Virus record (IMG/VR): IMGVR_UViG_3300032562_000004
Coordinates: 1-64,000 of that record
Length of the DNA stretch: 64,000 nt
Reading direction: 5' to 3' (one strand)
The stretch's first letter is position 1; each line of letters starts with the position of its first letter. Under the pieces are notes generated by a model. The model was not told the origin of the DNA. It did no database searches and saw only the letters and a list, made by a program, of their open reading frames with translations. This document shows, piece after piece, positions 48,021-56,883 of this stretch. A program made the translations under genes and the position numbers.

Positions 48021-48067
48021 TATAAATAAAGGTGTAGGTCACGGTACTGGAATACCCACCTACTCTA
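48021..48067 (+). promoter_or_regulatory. late promoter plus conserved stem-loop upstream of GIY-YIG gene
   Basis: TATAAATA-AAGGT-GTAGGT-CAC-GGTA-ctggaa-TACC-C-ACCTAC-TCT. Confidence 0.8.
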
Positions 48068-48099
48068 TGTCATAACAGTTTAACATAAGGACACAGCTC

Positions 48100-48747
48100 A
48101 TGTCAAGTATATATTCAATCTATAAAGCCACAAATACCATTAATGGTAAAGTTTATATTGGCTTTGATTCCAAATGGCCAAAAAGGCAAATAGTCCATAA
48201 ATCCAACCATAAAAAGGTTAATTATAAATTCTATAATGCCATTCGCAAATATGGTTGGGATAATTTTGAATGGACACTAATATATCAGTCAAAAGACCGA
48301 GAACATACCTTAAAAATAATGGAACCACATTTTATTCAAGAATATGATACTTTTGTTAATGGATACAATTCAACTCTTGGAGGTGAAGGTGTTTTTGGTT
48401 TGACCAGAAAACAGTCTGATGAAGAAAAGAAACAACGAAGCATTATAATGAAAGGTAATCAATTAGGTAAAGCACTTAAAGGTAAATTGCTTAGTGAAGA
48501 AAGAAAACAATTGTTAAGAAAACCTAGAATTAATCCTGTTTCACCTTTAACTGAAGAACACAAACAAAATATATCAAAATCTAAAATTGGAAAACCAAAA
48601 CAAAAAATTAAATGTCCTCATTGTAGTAAAATGGGTGGCTTACCACAAATGAAACAATGGCACTTTGATAATTGTAAACTTATCCTTCAATCTTGTAGGA
48701 CACATCATGACATTCCGGACAAACTACTGTTCGTTTTGGGGGAATAG
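48100..48747 (+). mobile_element. free-standing GIY-YIG homing endonuclease, antisense to the replication operon
   Basis: SIYKATNTINGKVYIG; GYNSTLGGEG; NUMOD3-like repeats; C-terminal CPHC...WHFDNCK. Confidence 0.88.
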
Positions 48748-48892
48748 AAGCGAGAACCATGTTAGGATTTTGATAATAAAGTTCTACTTTACATTTATTA
48801 CATAAAACTCCAGCCATTACTTTGCCTGTTCCGAAACCATAAGTGTCAGGCCGAAAAATGGATTCATTATATTCAGTTAATGTTTTCATCAA
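48680..48892 (-). CDS. small zinc-finger protein
   Basis: CNKC...CPEC. Confidence 0.65.
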   Translation of the reverse strand: MMKTLTEYNESIFRPDTYGFGTGKVMAGVLCNKCKVELYYQNPNMVLASIPPKRTVVCPECHDVSYKIEG

Positions 48893-49169
48893 TTATTTCC
48901 TGCTCAATGTTAGATGACATAAGCTCAACGAGCAAGTCACCAATGTAATTTTTAAATTTATCATCTTTTTCCATCTTCTTTGGCTTCATGACTGGTGATT
49001 CTATCACATCATAAGCAAAAAGTAAATACATCAAACCATCTTTTTCTTCAAACTTAACTTTACCATATTTGAAGATAGTGTCCTTATAAGGACCATCTAA
49101 TAGTTTGATATGTACCGCAGTGCCATCATCTTTTGGATAAATGAAACAGTAATCAATACCTTCAATCAT
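48873..49169 (-). CDS. conserved T4-like protein (positional gp40 equivalent)
   Basis: between uvsX and gp41; YKYGKV motif; FKNYIGDLLV. Confidence 0.7.
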   Translation of the reverse strand: MIEGIDYCFIYPKDDGTAVHIKLLDGPYKDTIFKYGKVKFEEKDGLMYLLFAYDVIESPVMKPKKMEKDDKFKNYIGDLLVELMSSNIEQEIIDENIN

Positions 49170-50238
49170 CTTCTACTCCGTTAGTAGTCTCCACTTCAAA
49201 CACTTCTTCAAAATCTTCTTGCATAATACTACCTGAAGCAATTTGATAAGTATTTTGTACATATTCTTGAAAAGACTTTTGTTTTAGAATTGGTAACCAG
49301 AAATCGGAAGTATCGGTTTCTTTAATGCGATATTTCTTATCTTCTATAACGCCGTCTGAATCCACCTTAGAGTACCAACCGTTGGATGGTTTAACAACAT
49401 GGCCTGAATCAATCGCAATATCAAGTAAGCCAGACCACTTGCTAATGCCACCATCGTGACGAACTGTAACAGGAATTTTAGACTTTTCTCTAACATATCT
49501 ACTCTTTTCTACATTGATAATGAAGTTGTAACCGACAACCTCAGTACCTTCTTTTTCTTGTTGGCGGCCAATAACAAAAATGTTATCAGCTGAATAATAT
49601 GAACCTGTACCACCACCAACGATTGCTTTAGGGAACATTCCAATTTCCATGTAAGTGTGATTAACTACAATCATTGGAATATCTTTGATTGAAAGATGAG
49701 GTGTAACCATTCTGAATAATGATTTAACAGATTTAGCTCTGGTCATATCAGCAACAGTTTTACCATCTAAGGCATCATTGACTTCTTTGATAGAGGCCAA
49801 GTTACCAATTGAATCAACAACAATAATTAACCTATCACCACGTTCAACAACACTTAATTGTTGCATAATATCGGATTTTAATTGCTCAATATCAGTAAGA
49901 GGGGTGTGAAGAACACGATTAGTATCAATACCAAAGGAATCAAAATAGGATTGCGGCGTTCCAAACTCCGAATCATAGAATAGTAAGGCTGCATCAGGAT
50001 ATTTGTCCAAGTAAGATTTTGCCATCAACAAAGAGAAGGCAGTTTTAAAATGTTTAGAAGGACCTGCCCACATAGTAAGACCGGGAGTTAAACCACCATC
50101 CAAACGACCAGAAAGTGCCACATTGATAATTGGCACCGATGTTGGAATCATATCTTTATCTGTAAAGAATTTTGATTTGGATAGAATAGCTGAATCTTTA
50201 ATACTACTGTTCTTTTTAATTTTATCAAGAATACTCAT
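49162..50238 (-). CDS. uvsX: RecA-like recombinase UvsX
   Basis: AGPSKHFKT; FYDSEFG; VDSIGNL; MTRAK; NHTY; GGTGSYYSAD. Confidence 0.96.
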   Translation of the reverse strand: MSILDKIKKNSSIKDSAILSKSKFFTDKDMIPTSVPIINVALSGRLDGGLTPGLTMWAGPSKHFKTAFSLLMAKSYLDKYPDAALLFYDSEFGTPQSYFDSFGIDTNRVLHTPLTDIEQLKSDIMQQLSVVERGDRLIIVVDSIGNLASIKEVNDALDGKTVADMTRAKSVKSLFRMVTPHLSIKDIPMIVVNHTYMEIGMFPKAIVGGGTGSYYSADNIFVIGRQQEKEGTEVVGYNFIINVEKSRYVREKSKIPVTVRHDGGISKWSGLLDIAIDSGHVVKPSNGWYSKVDSDGVIEDKKYRIKETDTSDFWLPILKQKSFQEYVQNTYQIASGSIMQEDFEEVFEVETTNGVEDD

Positions 50239-51156
50239 TTATTTTCCTTTTTCACGAAACGAATATGGTGCCTCATAATCATACTTAGGCTCTAATGTTT
50301 TAGTTTTAATTCCTGCTGAAATAGGTGGCATAGTTTCACCCGAAACAGGGTCAATAATAATAGAATCTGCTGTTTTAAACTCGGTGATGTTTTCTTTTTC
50401 AACTTCAACCTTATCAGTAAATACTGGAATATCACTAGATTTTACTCCAACAATTTCATCTTTTTTAATAATCAAATCACCTGGCTGTCCAGTTTCAGGT
50501 TTTAAATTCATGGATATATTTGCTGATATCAATAATAACACAGCTAAAGGGTCAAATACAACCATAATTATCATTATTACCAATCTAACCGCTTTATCAA
50601 TACCATCTTCTGTATTACCATAAATCAATTGTGCCACATATTTTATCGGTCCAACATCGGCAGATAATTTAATATCTTCTTTCATTAATGGTAATTTTTT
50701 CTTGCTAATTTCGGTAAGGTCTTTTTGCGTATCTTGAATTTGCTTATCTAACTTACCACTTGCTGTAGATGGATCTTTGGCACGAGCCAACAAATAATCT
50801 AATCGTTCTTTGGTAATCTTTTCTTGCTGATTTATTGTTTTTAATTCAACAGTATTGGCACCAGAGTTAAGTGTGGAATCGATATGTGCTTTAGATAGAA
50901 AACCAAAAATGCCCATCGAGGTGATGAGCATGAGTAATACCACAGCAGCGGTCAAATATGATTTTATTAAAATTGGTGCTATCTTCCAATTACGATATAA
51001 CCAAGATGCTGTTACCAGTTTACTAACTTCTAATACTGAACCCATAAACACAACTGGCCAAAAAGCACCAACGAAAATGGCAGCTAATCCAATAATTGAA
51101 TAATAGGCTGCAATACCGGACAATGATATTGCGGTTAGAAATGTAATGTAAATCAT
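50239..51156 (-). CDS. conserved membrane protein
   Basis: several N-terminal TMs, coiled coil, VFDPLAV TM. Confidence 0.8.
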   Translation of the reverse strand: MIYITFLTAISLSGIAAYYSIIGLAAIFVGAFWPVVFMGSVLEVSKLVTASWLYRNWKIAPILIKSYLTAAVVLLMLITSMGIFGFLSKAHIDSTLNSGANTVELKTINQQEKITKERLDYLLARAKDPSTASGKLDKQIQDTQKDLTEISKKKLPLMKEDIKLSADVGPIKYVAQLIYGNTEDGIDKAVRLVIMIIMVVFDPLAVLLLISANISMNLKPETGQPGDLIIKKDEIVGVKSSDIPVFTDKVEVEKENITEFKTADSIIIDPVSGETMPPISAGIKTKTLEPKYDYEAPYSFREKGK

Positions 51157-51159
51157 GAG

Positions 51160-51299
51160 AAGAAGTCCTAAATTTTATAAATAGTATATATAATGTTCAT
51201 AAAAAGGTAAAAGTAATGTATTGTGGAATATTAGCTATGAAAACCAACATTACACGATGGCACAATACCAATTGTAAATTAGCTAAAGAAGTCCTCTAG
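51160..51299 (+). pseudogene. miniature remnant of a homing-endonuclease cassette at the gp43 3' end
   Basis: TATAAATA at 51176; frame encodes KVKVMYCG...RWHNTNCK; flanked by direct repeat AAGAAGTCCT (51160, 51286). Confidence 0.7.
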
Positions 51300-53816
51300 T
51301 GTGCTAGTTTTTTCGGTTGTCCATTTCATACATTCCAGAATTACTTTGATTGGTTCCAAGAATGCCTTTTCAAATTGTACATCATAATCAATAAATTTTT
51401 CAAGTCCAAACTCTTTTGGCAATCTACCTGGGAAAGAGATAACAGTATCTTTAAATGGATTTGGCATTTTTAGATAACTATATTTCAACTTTTCACCTTC
51501 TTGAATCAATGGATACTTCTTAGTAAGGTTCATCTGTTTTAAATAATGATTATATAGAATGGCACCTTTAACGTGCATTGGTGTTCCTAATTTATATAAT
51601 TGTAATGAATCTGCATACTTACTTAGTCCATTACATCCACGAGGTGAGGAGATTTCTTCCACAGGCAAATTCATAAAATCTTCTTTAGCTTTCTTGATAA
51701 AATTATGAATATCATTTTCAGTACCATTCATCATGATAGTGATTGCTTCTTTCATCTTCTCACGAATTGCAGCAGGTGTGGAAGATTTAATCATCTCTAG
51801 ACCCATCACTTTCATCTGTGGTTCATTATACTGAACGCCTTCATTATTATATACATTTAGAATATAACGCTTCTTGGCAGTCCAGATACCTTTATCAGAA
51901 AGACCTTCACGTTTCATTTGCATCTTTTGGTCGTATGCGTGAACATAATCGGCCAACTCTTTATAAGAAGCATCAATGTAAGGTTCAATCTTATCTTTAC
52001 AGATTTTATCCATCAAAGAGATTACTTTTTGTTTGTCTGAAGTATCTTTAATAAATTTATTAACCAATTCTCCCATTCGCAGGTAAATTGAATCAGTATC
52101 AGAAGCAATAACATAATCAACATCTTTGGTCTCCAGTATTTTGTTCATCCATTGGTTAATCTTGCCTTCAATCCAACGAATACTTAATTGCCCAGCAGTA
52201 GTGACCCCAAGTGCCATCCTAAGGTCATAGAACCTAAAATACTGAGAACCCAAAGCACCATAAGCACTATTGAGAGATACTTTTTTGGCGAGTTGTATGT
52301 TGTTGTATTTGGCAATTCGTTTTTCGATTTCATATTTTTTTGATTCTTCTTGTTCATGTTCATATTCCTGTTTTGCTTTCAACATCAACTTCTTAAACTT
52401 ACTTCTATCAGTATACATTTCTTCCATCACCTTAGGTAAGAAACCTTGATGGTCGGTACGAAAGAATTGACCGTTGGGAGTTATTGTTGCACCTTTGAGT
52501 TTAGATGTGTCTACCGATTTGCTCAATAGTTTATCAACAGAAACACCATTAGAAAGAATCTCACGCATTTCATCTGTATAGTTTTCTGGTTCAATCAATG
52601 TTTCAGGACTTATATTGAATTGCATCATAAGGTGAGGGTAAAGTGAATTTAGGTCAAAGCTGGCGACATAATGGTGCATACCCACTTGAACCTCTTTAAC
52701 ATATGCACCTTCAAACATACCATCTTTTTCTTTGATGATACGAGGCGGAACAATGATACCTTTTTCAAATAAATAAGAATTGGTCAAAGAATCCCACATA
52801 CGAGTTTGAGCAAAAATATCTTCAAAGTTTGTTTTGGTATCATATGCCAAGGTTACTCCTAATTCAAGTAACTTTAACTTATCTTCCAGTTTAATAATCA
52901 ACTCAACGTCTTTGATGTTATACTCAATAAACTTCTGATAGTTCAAACGATACAATGAGTGTAGATTATCATATTCATCATACGAAATCTTGCCTTCACC
53001 GAGTTCAACTTGAGCAATGGCATCCAAACGATAGGACTCTTGTGACTTACCGCCAGGAGCATACCATTTGTATAGTTCGATATAATCAAGTGATTCGACA
53101 CCCATAATATTATAGGCAATCATAGGTCGACCATTGATAACAGTCTTACGTTCACCAATATAATTCCATGGTGATAACTTCTTGGTCAAATCTTCACCAA
53201 GAATTTTACGGAAACGATTGATAATATAAGGTTCATCAAAGAACTTGGTGTTCCAACCAGTTAGAATGTCTGGTGTCTTTTCTGTCCACAAAGACAAAAA
53301 CTGTTTACATAAAGAATATTCATCTTTACATTTTACATATATTTCAGAACCTTGCTTTTCATAATCACCACAACCAAACACATAGATTGGTCCATTTAGA
53401 TATTTGATAGCAATGGCAGTAATTGGTTCATTTGCTTGATATGGATCAGGGAATCCATTCTCGGAACCAACCTCGATATCGACTACACCGATTAGGACTT
53501 TATCAAAATCATAATCAACCATACCTTTGTGTTGGTCGGCAATAAAAGCATATTCAAAACGAGTTTGACCATAGATTTTAGGTCCACCAGATACATCTTC
53601 AAACTGTTTGATGTATTCTTTGGCGGACCTCATATCTGTAAAGATTTTCTGGTCTAGATAATTACCTTCGAGTGAGGTAAAGTTGGTGACTCTCTTTGAT
53701 GGTATAAAAAGTGAAGGAGAGTATTCCACTCTCTGTTTCACTCTCTTACCATTTAGAATACCTCGGTAAAGTATGTTATTACCAAAAGACTGAACATTTG
53801 TATAAAAATTACTCAA
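51279..53816 (-). CDS. gp43: DNA polymerase family B (T4 gp43)
   Basis: DIE exonuclease motif; SFDLNSLYPH; KVSLNSAYG; SDTDS; KKRY; probable TTG start. Confidence 0.97.
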   Translation of the reverse strand: MSNFYTNVQSFGNNILYRGILNGKRVKQRVEYSPSLFIPSKRVTNFTSLEGNYLDQKIFTDMRSAKEYIKQFEDVSGGPKIYGQTRFEYAFIADQHKGMVDYDFDKVLIGVVDIEVGSENGFPDPYQANEPITAIAIKYLNGPIYVFGCGDYEKQGSEIYVKCKDEYSLCKQFLSLWTEKTPDILTGWNTKFFDEPYIINRFRKILGEDLTKKLSPWNYIGERKTVINGRPMIAYNIMGVESLDYIELYKWYAPGGKSQESYRLDAIAQVELGEGKISYDEYDNLHSLYRLNYQKFIEYNIKDVELIIKLEDKLKLLELGVTLAYDTKTNFEDIFAQTRMWDSLTNSYLFEKGIIVPPRIIKEKDGMFEGAYVKEVQVGMHHYVASFDLNSLYPHLMMQFNISPETLIEPENYTDEMREILSNGVSVDKLLSKSVDTSKLKGATITPNGQFFRTDHQGFLPKVMEEMYTDRSKFKKLMLKAKQEYEHEQEESKKYEIEKRIAKYNNIQLAKKVSLNSAYGALGSQYFRFYDLRMALGVTTAGQLSIRWIEGKINQWMNKILETKDVDYVIASDTDSIYLRMGELVNKFIKDTSDKQKVISLMDKICKDKIEPYIDASYKELADYVHAYDQKMQMKREGLSDKGIWTAKKRYILNVYNNEGVQYNEPQMKVMGLEMIKSSTPAAIREKMKEAITIMMNGTENDIHNFIKKAKEDFMNLPVEEISSPRGCNGLSKYADSLQLYKLGTPMHVKGAILYNHYLKQMNLTKKYPLIQEGEKLKYSYLKMPNPFKDTVISFPGRLPKEFGLEKFIDYDVQFEKAFLEPIKVILECMKWTTEKTSTLEDFFS

Positions 53817-53817
53817 T

Positions 53818-54129
53818 TTAACCTGTAATGATTTTTGGGGTTGGAGGAACAATCAAACCAGCACCAAAGAGTTGCTCATAGTGTTTGGTGAACTCTTCCG
53901 CTGGTGTATAGGAGTATACTACATTCCGCTTAGAAATTACAAGCGTGGCACCAGAAACTTGTTCGGCATGAATAGGAAATGGTGAAAAACCAACGTTTGG
54001 TTGACCATCTTTACCACGAATTACTGTGATACCTACTGTATTTAGGAGTACAAATTCAGTTTCCGATTCAGATTCGATTTCGGCAACTACATCTTCTCCA
54101 GTAATTAATTTAAGACCTTTGATATTCAT
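53818..54129 (-). CDS. conserved T4-like hypothetical protein (Sm-like)
   Basis: LKLITGEDVVAEI motif; GGAG RBS. Confidence 0.75.
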   Translation of the reverse strand: MNIKGLKLITGEDVVAEIESESETEFVLLNTVGITVIRGKDGQPNVGFSPFPIHAEQVSGATLVISKRNVVYSYTPAEEFTKHYEQLFGAGLIVPPTPKIITG

Positions 54130-54141
54130 ATTCTCTCCTTG

Positions 54142-54212
54142 GATAAATAACTTAGTATTGATACTTATACTAATGATTAATTGATTATATAACAATAACC
54201 AATTAAAGTCAA
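54142..54212. promoter_or_regulatory. overlapping opposed promoters: plus-strand late-like GATAAATA and minus-strand sigma70
   Basis: GATAAATA at 54142-54149 (+); TTGACT-N17-TATAAT at 54184-54212 (-). Confidence 0.55.
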
Positions 54213-54219
54213 TAGTAAA

Positions 54220-54498
54220 ATGGATTTTTTTAAGATAGTTGCCGAATTAGGATTCCCTATGGCTGCCGCTTTTGCAGCTGGGTATTTCGTATTCCTAACT
54301 CTTAAATTCATTCTGGCTGGTGTTACTGGCCAAGTCAAAAGTCTGAGCGGTATTATTACCGCCTTGGACAATCGTGTTAAAACAATGAACCATGATGTTA
54401 TCAGAATTGATACCCTAATGTCGAGCGCTATGGGTGTTAAACCTGATGTTGACCGTATTGCTCGTGCTGATGGTAAAAACGATGCTCGGAGAGATTAA
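54220..54498 (+). CDS. small single-TM protein (paralog A)
   Basis: ELGFPMAAAFAAGYFV...LDNRVKTMNHDVIRID. Confidence 0.8.
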   Translation: MDFFKIVAELGFPMAAAFAAGYFVFLTLKFILAGVTGQVKSLSGIITALDNRVKTMNHDVIRIDTLMSSAMGVKPDVDRIARADGKNDARRD

Positions 54499-54782
54499 TG
54501 GATTTAGTTGAATTAGTAAACAAATATGGTTTTCCAATTGTTGCAGCTGGCGGCATGGGTTATTTTATATATTATGTTTGGACTTGGGTAACCAAAGAAA
54601 TTAAGCCAGTTTTGAGTGAAGCAAGTACAGTATTAATTGCTTTGATTGACCGTGTTAGAATGTTAGATAATGATTTGATTAGATTGAATCAGAAAATTAA
54701 CATTGTATTAATGATGCGAGAAATTAAAGAAGATGAAAAGACTAAAAAGACTAATACTGATACTGCTAACACTTACCGTTAA
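54498..54782 (+). CDS. small single-TM protein (paralog B)
   Basis: KYGFPIVAAGGMGYFI...LIDRVRMLDNDLIRLN. Confidence 0.8.
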   Translation: MDLVELVNKYGFPIVAAGGMGYFIYYVWTWVTKEIKPVLSEASTVLIALIDRVRMLDNDLIRLNQKINIVLMMREIKEDEKTKKTNTDTANTYR

Positions 54783-55197
54783 TTCAGCATATTCTGCACC
54801 ACTTAACGATTTTACATTCAAATCTCCATCATTCAATGGTAATGGTTATGGCACTTATGTTCTAACCATTCAAAATGAGGAGTATACACGAGCTCAAGCA
54901 ATTCAGCAAGCCCTATTGGCGGCACAACAACAGGCAAAGACTGATGCAGCCAACACACCACTTAATCAATTTCTGGTTAATTTAGAATCTCGTATTTACG
55001 CACAAATTTCACAAAATCTTGCTACAGCAATGTTTGGTTCAGGTTCTTCCACACAAGGTACAATGAACTTCCAAGGCAACACAATCAGTTATGTTAATCA
55101 AGGAAGTAACATTCAATTAACTGTTACCGATAATCTTGGTAACCAAACAGTCATTAATGTACCAATTGGGCAATTTAATATTACAGGACAACCATGA
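54733..55197 (+). CDS. csgF: curli assembly protein CsgF-like
   Basis: signal peptide then FTFKSPSFNG; NQFLVNLESRIYAQISQNL. Confidence 0.75.
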   Translation: MKRLKRLILILLTLTVNSAYSAPLNDFTFKSPSFNGNGYGTYVLTIQNEEYTRAQAIQQALLAAQQQAKTDAANTPLNQFLVNLESRIYAQISQNLATAMFGSGSSTQGTMNFQGNTISYVNQGSNIQLTVTDNLGNQTVINVPIGQFNITGQP

Positions 55198-56063
55198 AAA
55201 AAGTATTGTTAATTGTTTTGGTTGCAATGTTGTCTGGTTGTGCTATGTTACAAAAAAGTGGACAATTAACGGGAATTGAACATGAACCAAAAGTAGCGGA
55301 AAACAAACTTCAAAAAGAGTTTGATAGAGTTCCACCACCTAAAGGTGCTCATATTACTGTTGCCGTGTATTCATTTCAAGATAAAACCGGCCAACGTAAA
55401 GCAGTATCAACATATGCTAGTTTTAGTACCGCAGTTACGCAAGGCGCTGAACCATTTTTAATTAAAGCATTACAAGATGTTGGTAGTGGTACATGGTTTG
55501 ATGTTGTTGAACGTGTTAATGTGGAAAATTTAATTAAAGAAAGAACCATCATTAAGCAAATGCGTGATGCTTATGAAGGTCCTAAAGCACAACAATTAGC
55601 ACCATTACAGTTCGCTGGTATCATCATGGAAGGTGGTATCATTGGTTATGATTCTAGTACTGAATCTGGTGGACTTGCATATCGTTGGTTAGGCATTGGA
55701 CCACAGACACAATATAGTAAAGATATAGTTACAATCAGTTTACGAGCAGTTAGTGTGAGCTCAGGTAAGGTATTGGCAACGGTAACTGTTACAAAAACAG
55801 TTTACTCAACTGCCGATAGTTTTGCTATGTTAAAGTTCTTTAATGACGGAACTCAGGCCTTTGAGGCTGAATCAGGTTTAACAATCAATGAACCTGGAAC
55901 ATTAGCGGTGAAAGCAACCGTGGAAGCCGCAGTAGTTGAATTAATTAAAGAGGGACAAAGACGAGGTATTTGGGAATTTAGATATCCAATGCCTGAGGAC
56001 AAACCTTGGTGGAAATTTGGAAATGTTCAAACAACACAAAAGGAAGAAAAAAATGAAAAGTAA
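55194..56063 (+). CDS. csgG: curli secretion channel CsgG-like lipoprotein
   Basis: LSGC lipobox; VAVYSFQDKTGQRK; TAVTQGA; VVER...LIKERTII; EGGIIGYD. Confidence 0.92.
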   Translation: MKKVLLIVLVAMLSGCAMLQKSGQLTGIEHEPKVAENKLQKEFDRVPPPKGAHITVAVYSFQDKTGQRKAVSTYASFSTAVTQGAEPFLIKALQDVGSGTWFDVVERVNVENLIKERTIIKQMRDAYEGPKAQQLAPLQFAGIIMEGGIIGYDSSTESGGLAYRWLGIGPQTQYSKDIVTISLRAVSVSSGKVLATVTVTKTVYSTADSFAMLKFFNDGTQAFEAESGLTINEPGTLAVKATVEAAVVELIKEGQRRGIWEFRYPMPEDKPWWKFGNVQTTQKEEKNEK

Positions 56064-56883
56064 ATTAACAAGCTTTGTTATGGGTTTGTTGGTTGCGTTC
56101 AACGTAGCAGCTGCAGACAATAGTATCTATATTGACCAATCCGGAAATAGTTCTACGGTTAGCATTACACAAGATGGTGCAGGTAATATAGTTCAAGGTA
56201 TTCAAGGCACCGGAACAAGTAGCACAACACCAGCAACAATCTATGGTGATAGTAATCAAGTTACTATCAACCAAGTGGGCACAGGAGATACTGTTAGTTT
56301 TGGTATCAAAACATCTGTGGCTAATGGTGTGAGTGGTGGAAACAATTTTAGTTATTCGATTAATGGTAACAACTCTAACGCTGTTATCGATTCAAATAAC
56401 GATGGTCAAGGAGTATCAGCAAGTAATACTGTTACAGTCAATCAAACCGGCAACAATTCCAATGCTAATATTAATGTGTTGGGTTCACAAAATACTGTTA
56501 CCGCTACAACAACAGGTGGTGCTAGCAATAGTGTGGTTTCAACCATAGATGGAAATAGCAACTCACAAACTATTAATGTGTCTGGTGGTGGTTCTAACTC
56601 TATTACTGTTGAACAAGGTATTGGGGGTTCAGCTCTAACCGGTAATGCAACAACGCAAAATAATAGTAATGGTTCTGTAAATTTAACTGTTGTTGGTGCA
56701 AGTAATACTGTGGCAATTGGTCAAACCAGTTCAGGTTCTTATCAAAATACCACAGTTGTTTCTTTAACTGGTTCTAGTGATAATGTAAACATATTACAAA
56801 ATGCATCTGCAGGTAACACTACTGTAAACTTGCAATCTGTTGGTAGTAGTAATACATTTACCATACACAGCAACGCACACTAA
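56053..56883 (+). CDS. curlin-like repeat protein
   Basis: signal peptide; N/S/T/G/Q-rich; repeated I-x-Q-x-G-x-x-N units. Confidence 0.75.
   Translation: MKSKLTSFVMGLLVAFNVAAADNSIYIDQSGNSSTVSITQDGAGNIVQGIQGTGTSSTTPATIYGDSNQVTINQVGTGDTVSFGIKTSVANGVSGGNNFSYSINGNNSNAVIDSNNDGQGVSASNTVTVNQTGNNSNANINVLGSQNTVTATTTGGASNSVVSTIDGNSNSQTINVSGGGSNSITVEQGIGGSALTGNATTQNNSNGSVNLTVVGASNTVAIGQTSSGSYQNTTVVSLTGSSDNVNILQNASAGNTTVNLQSVGSSNTFTIHSNAH

Noticed and set aside
21489-53816. Introns or inteins in nrdA, nrdB, gp41, uvsX or gp43
   Set aside because: Each is one continuous ORF of expected length with no intein-type junctions.
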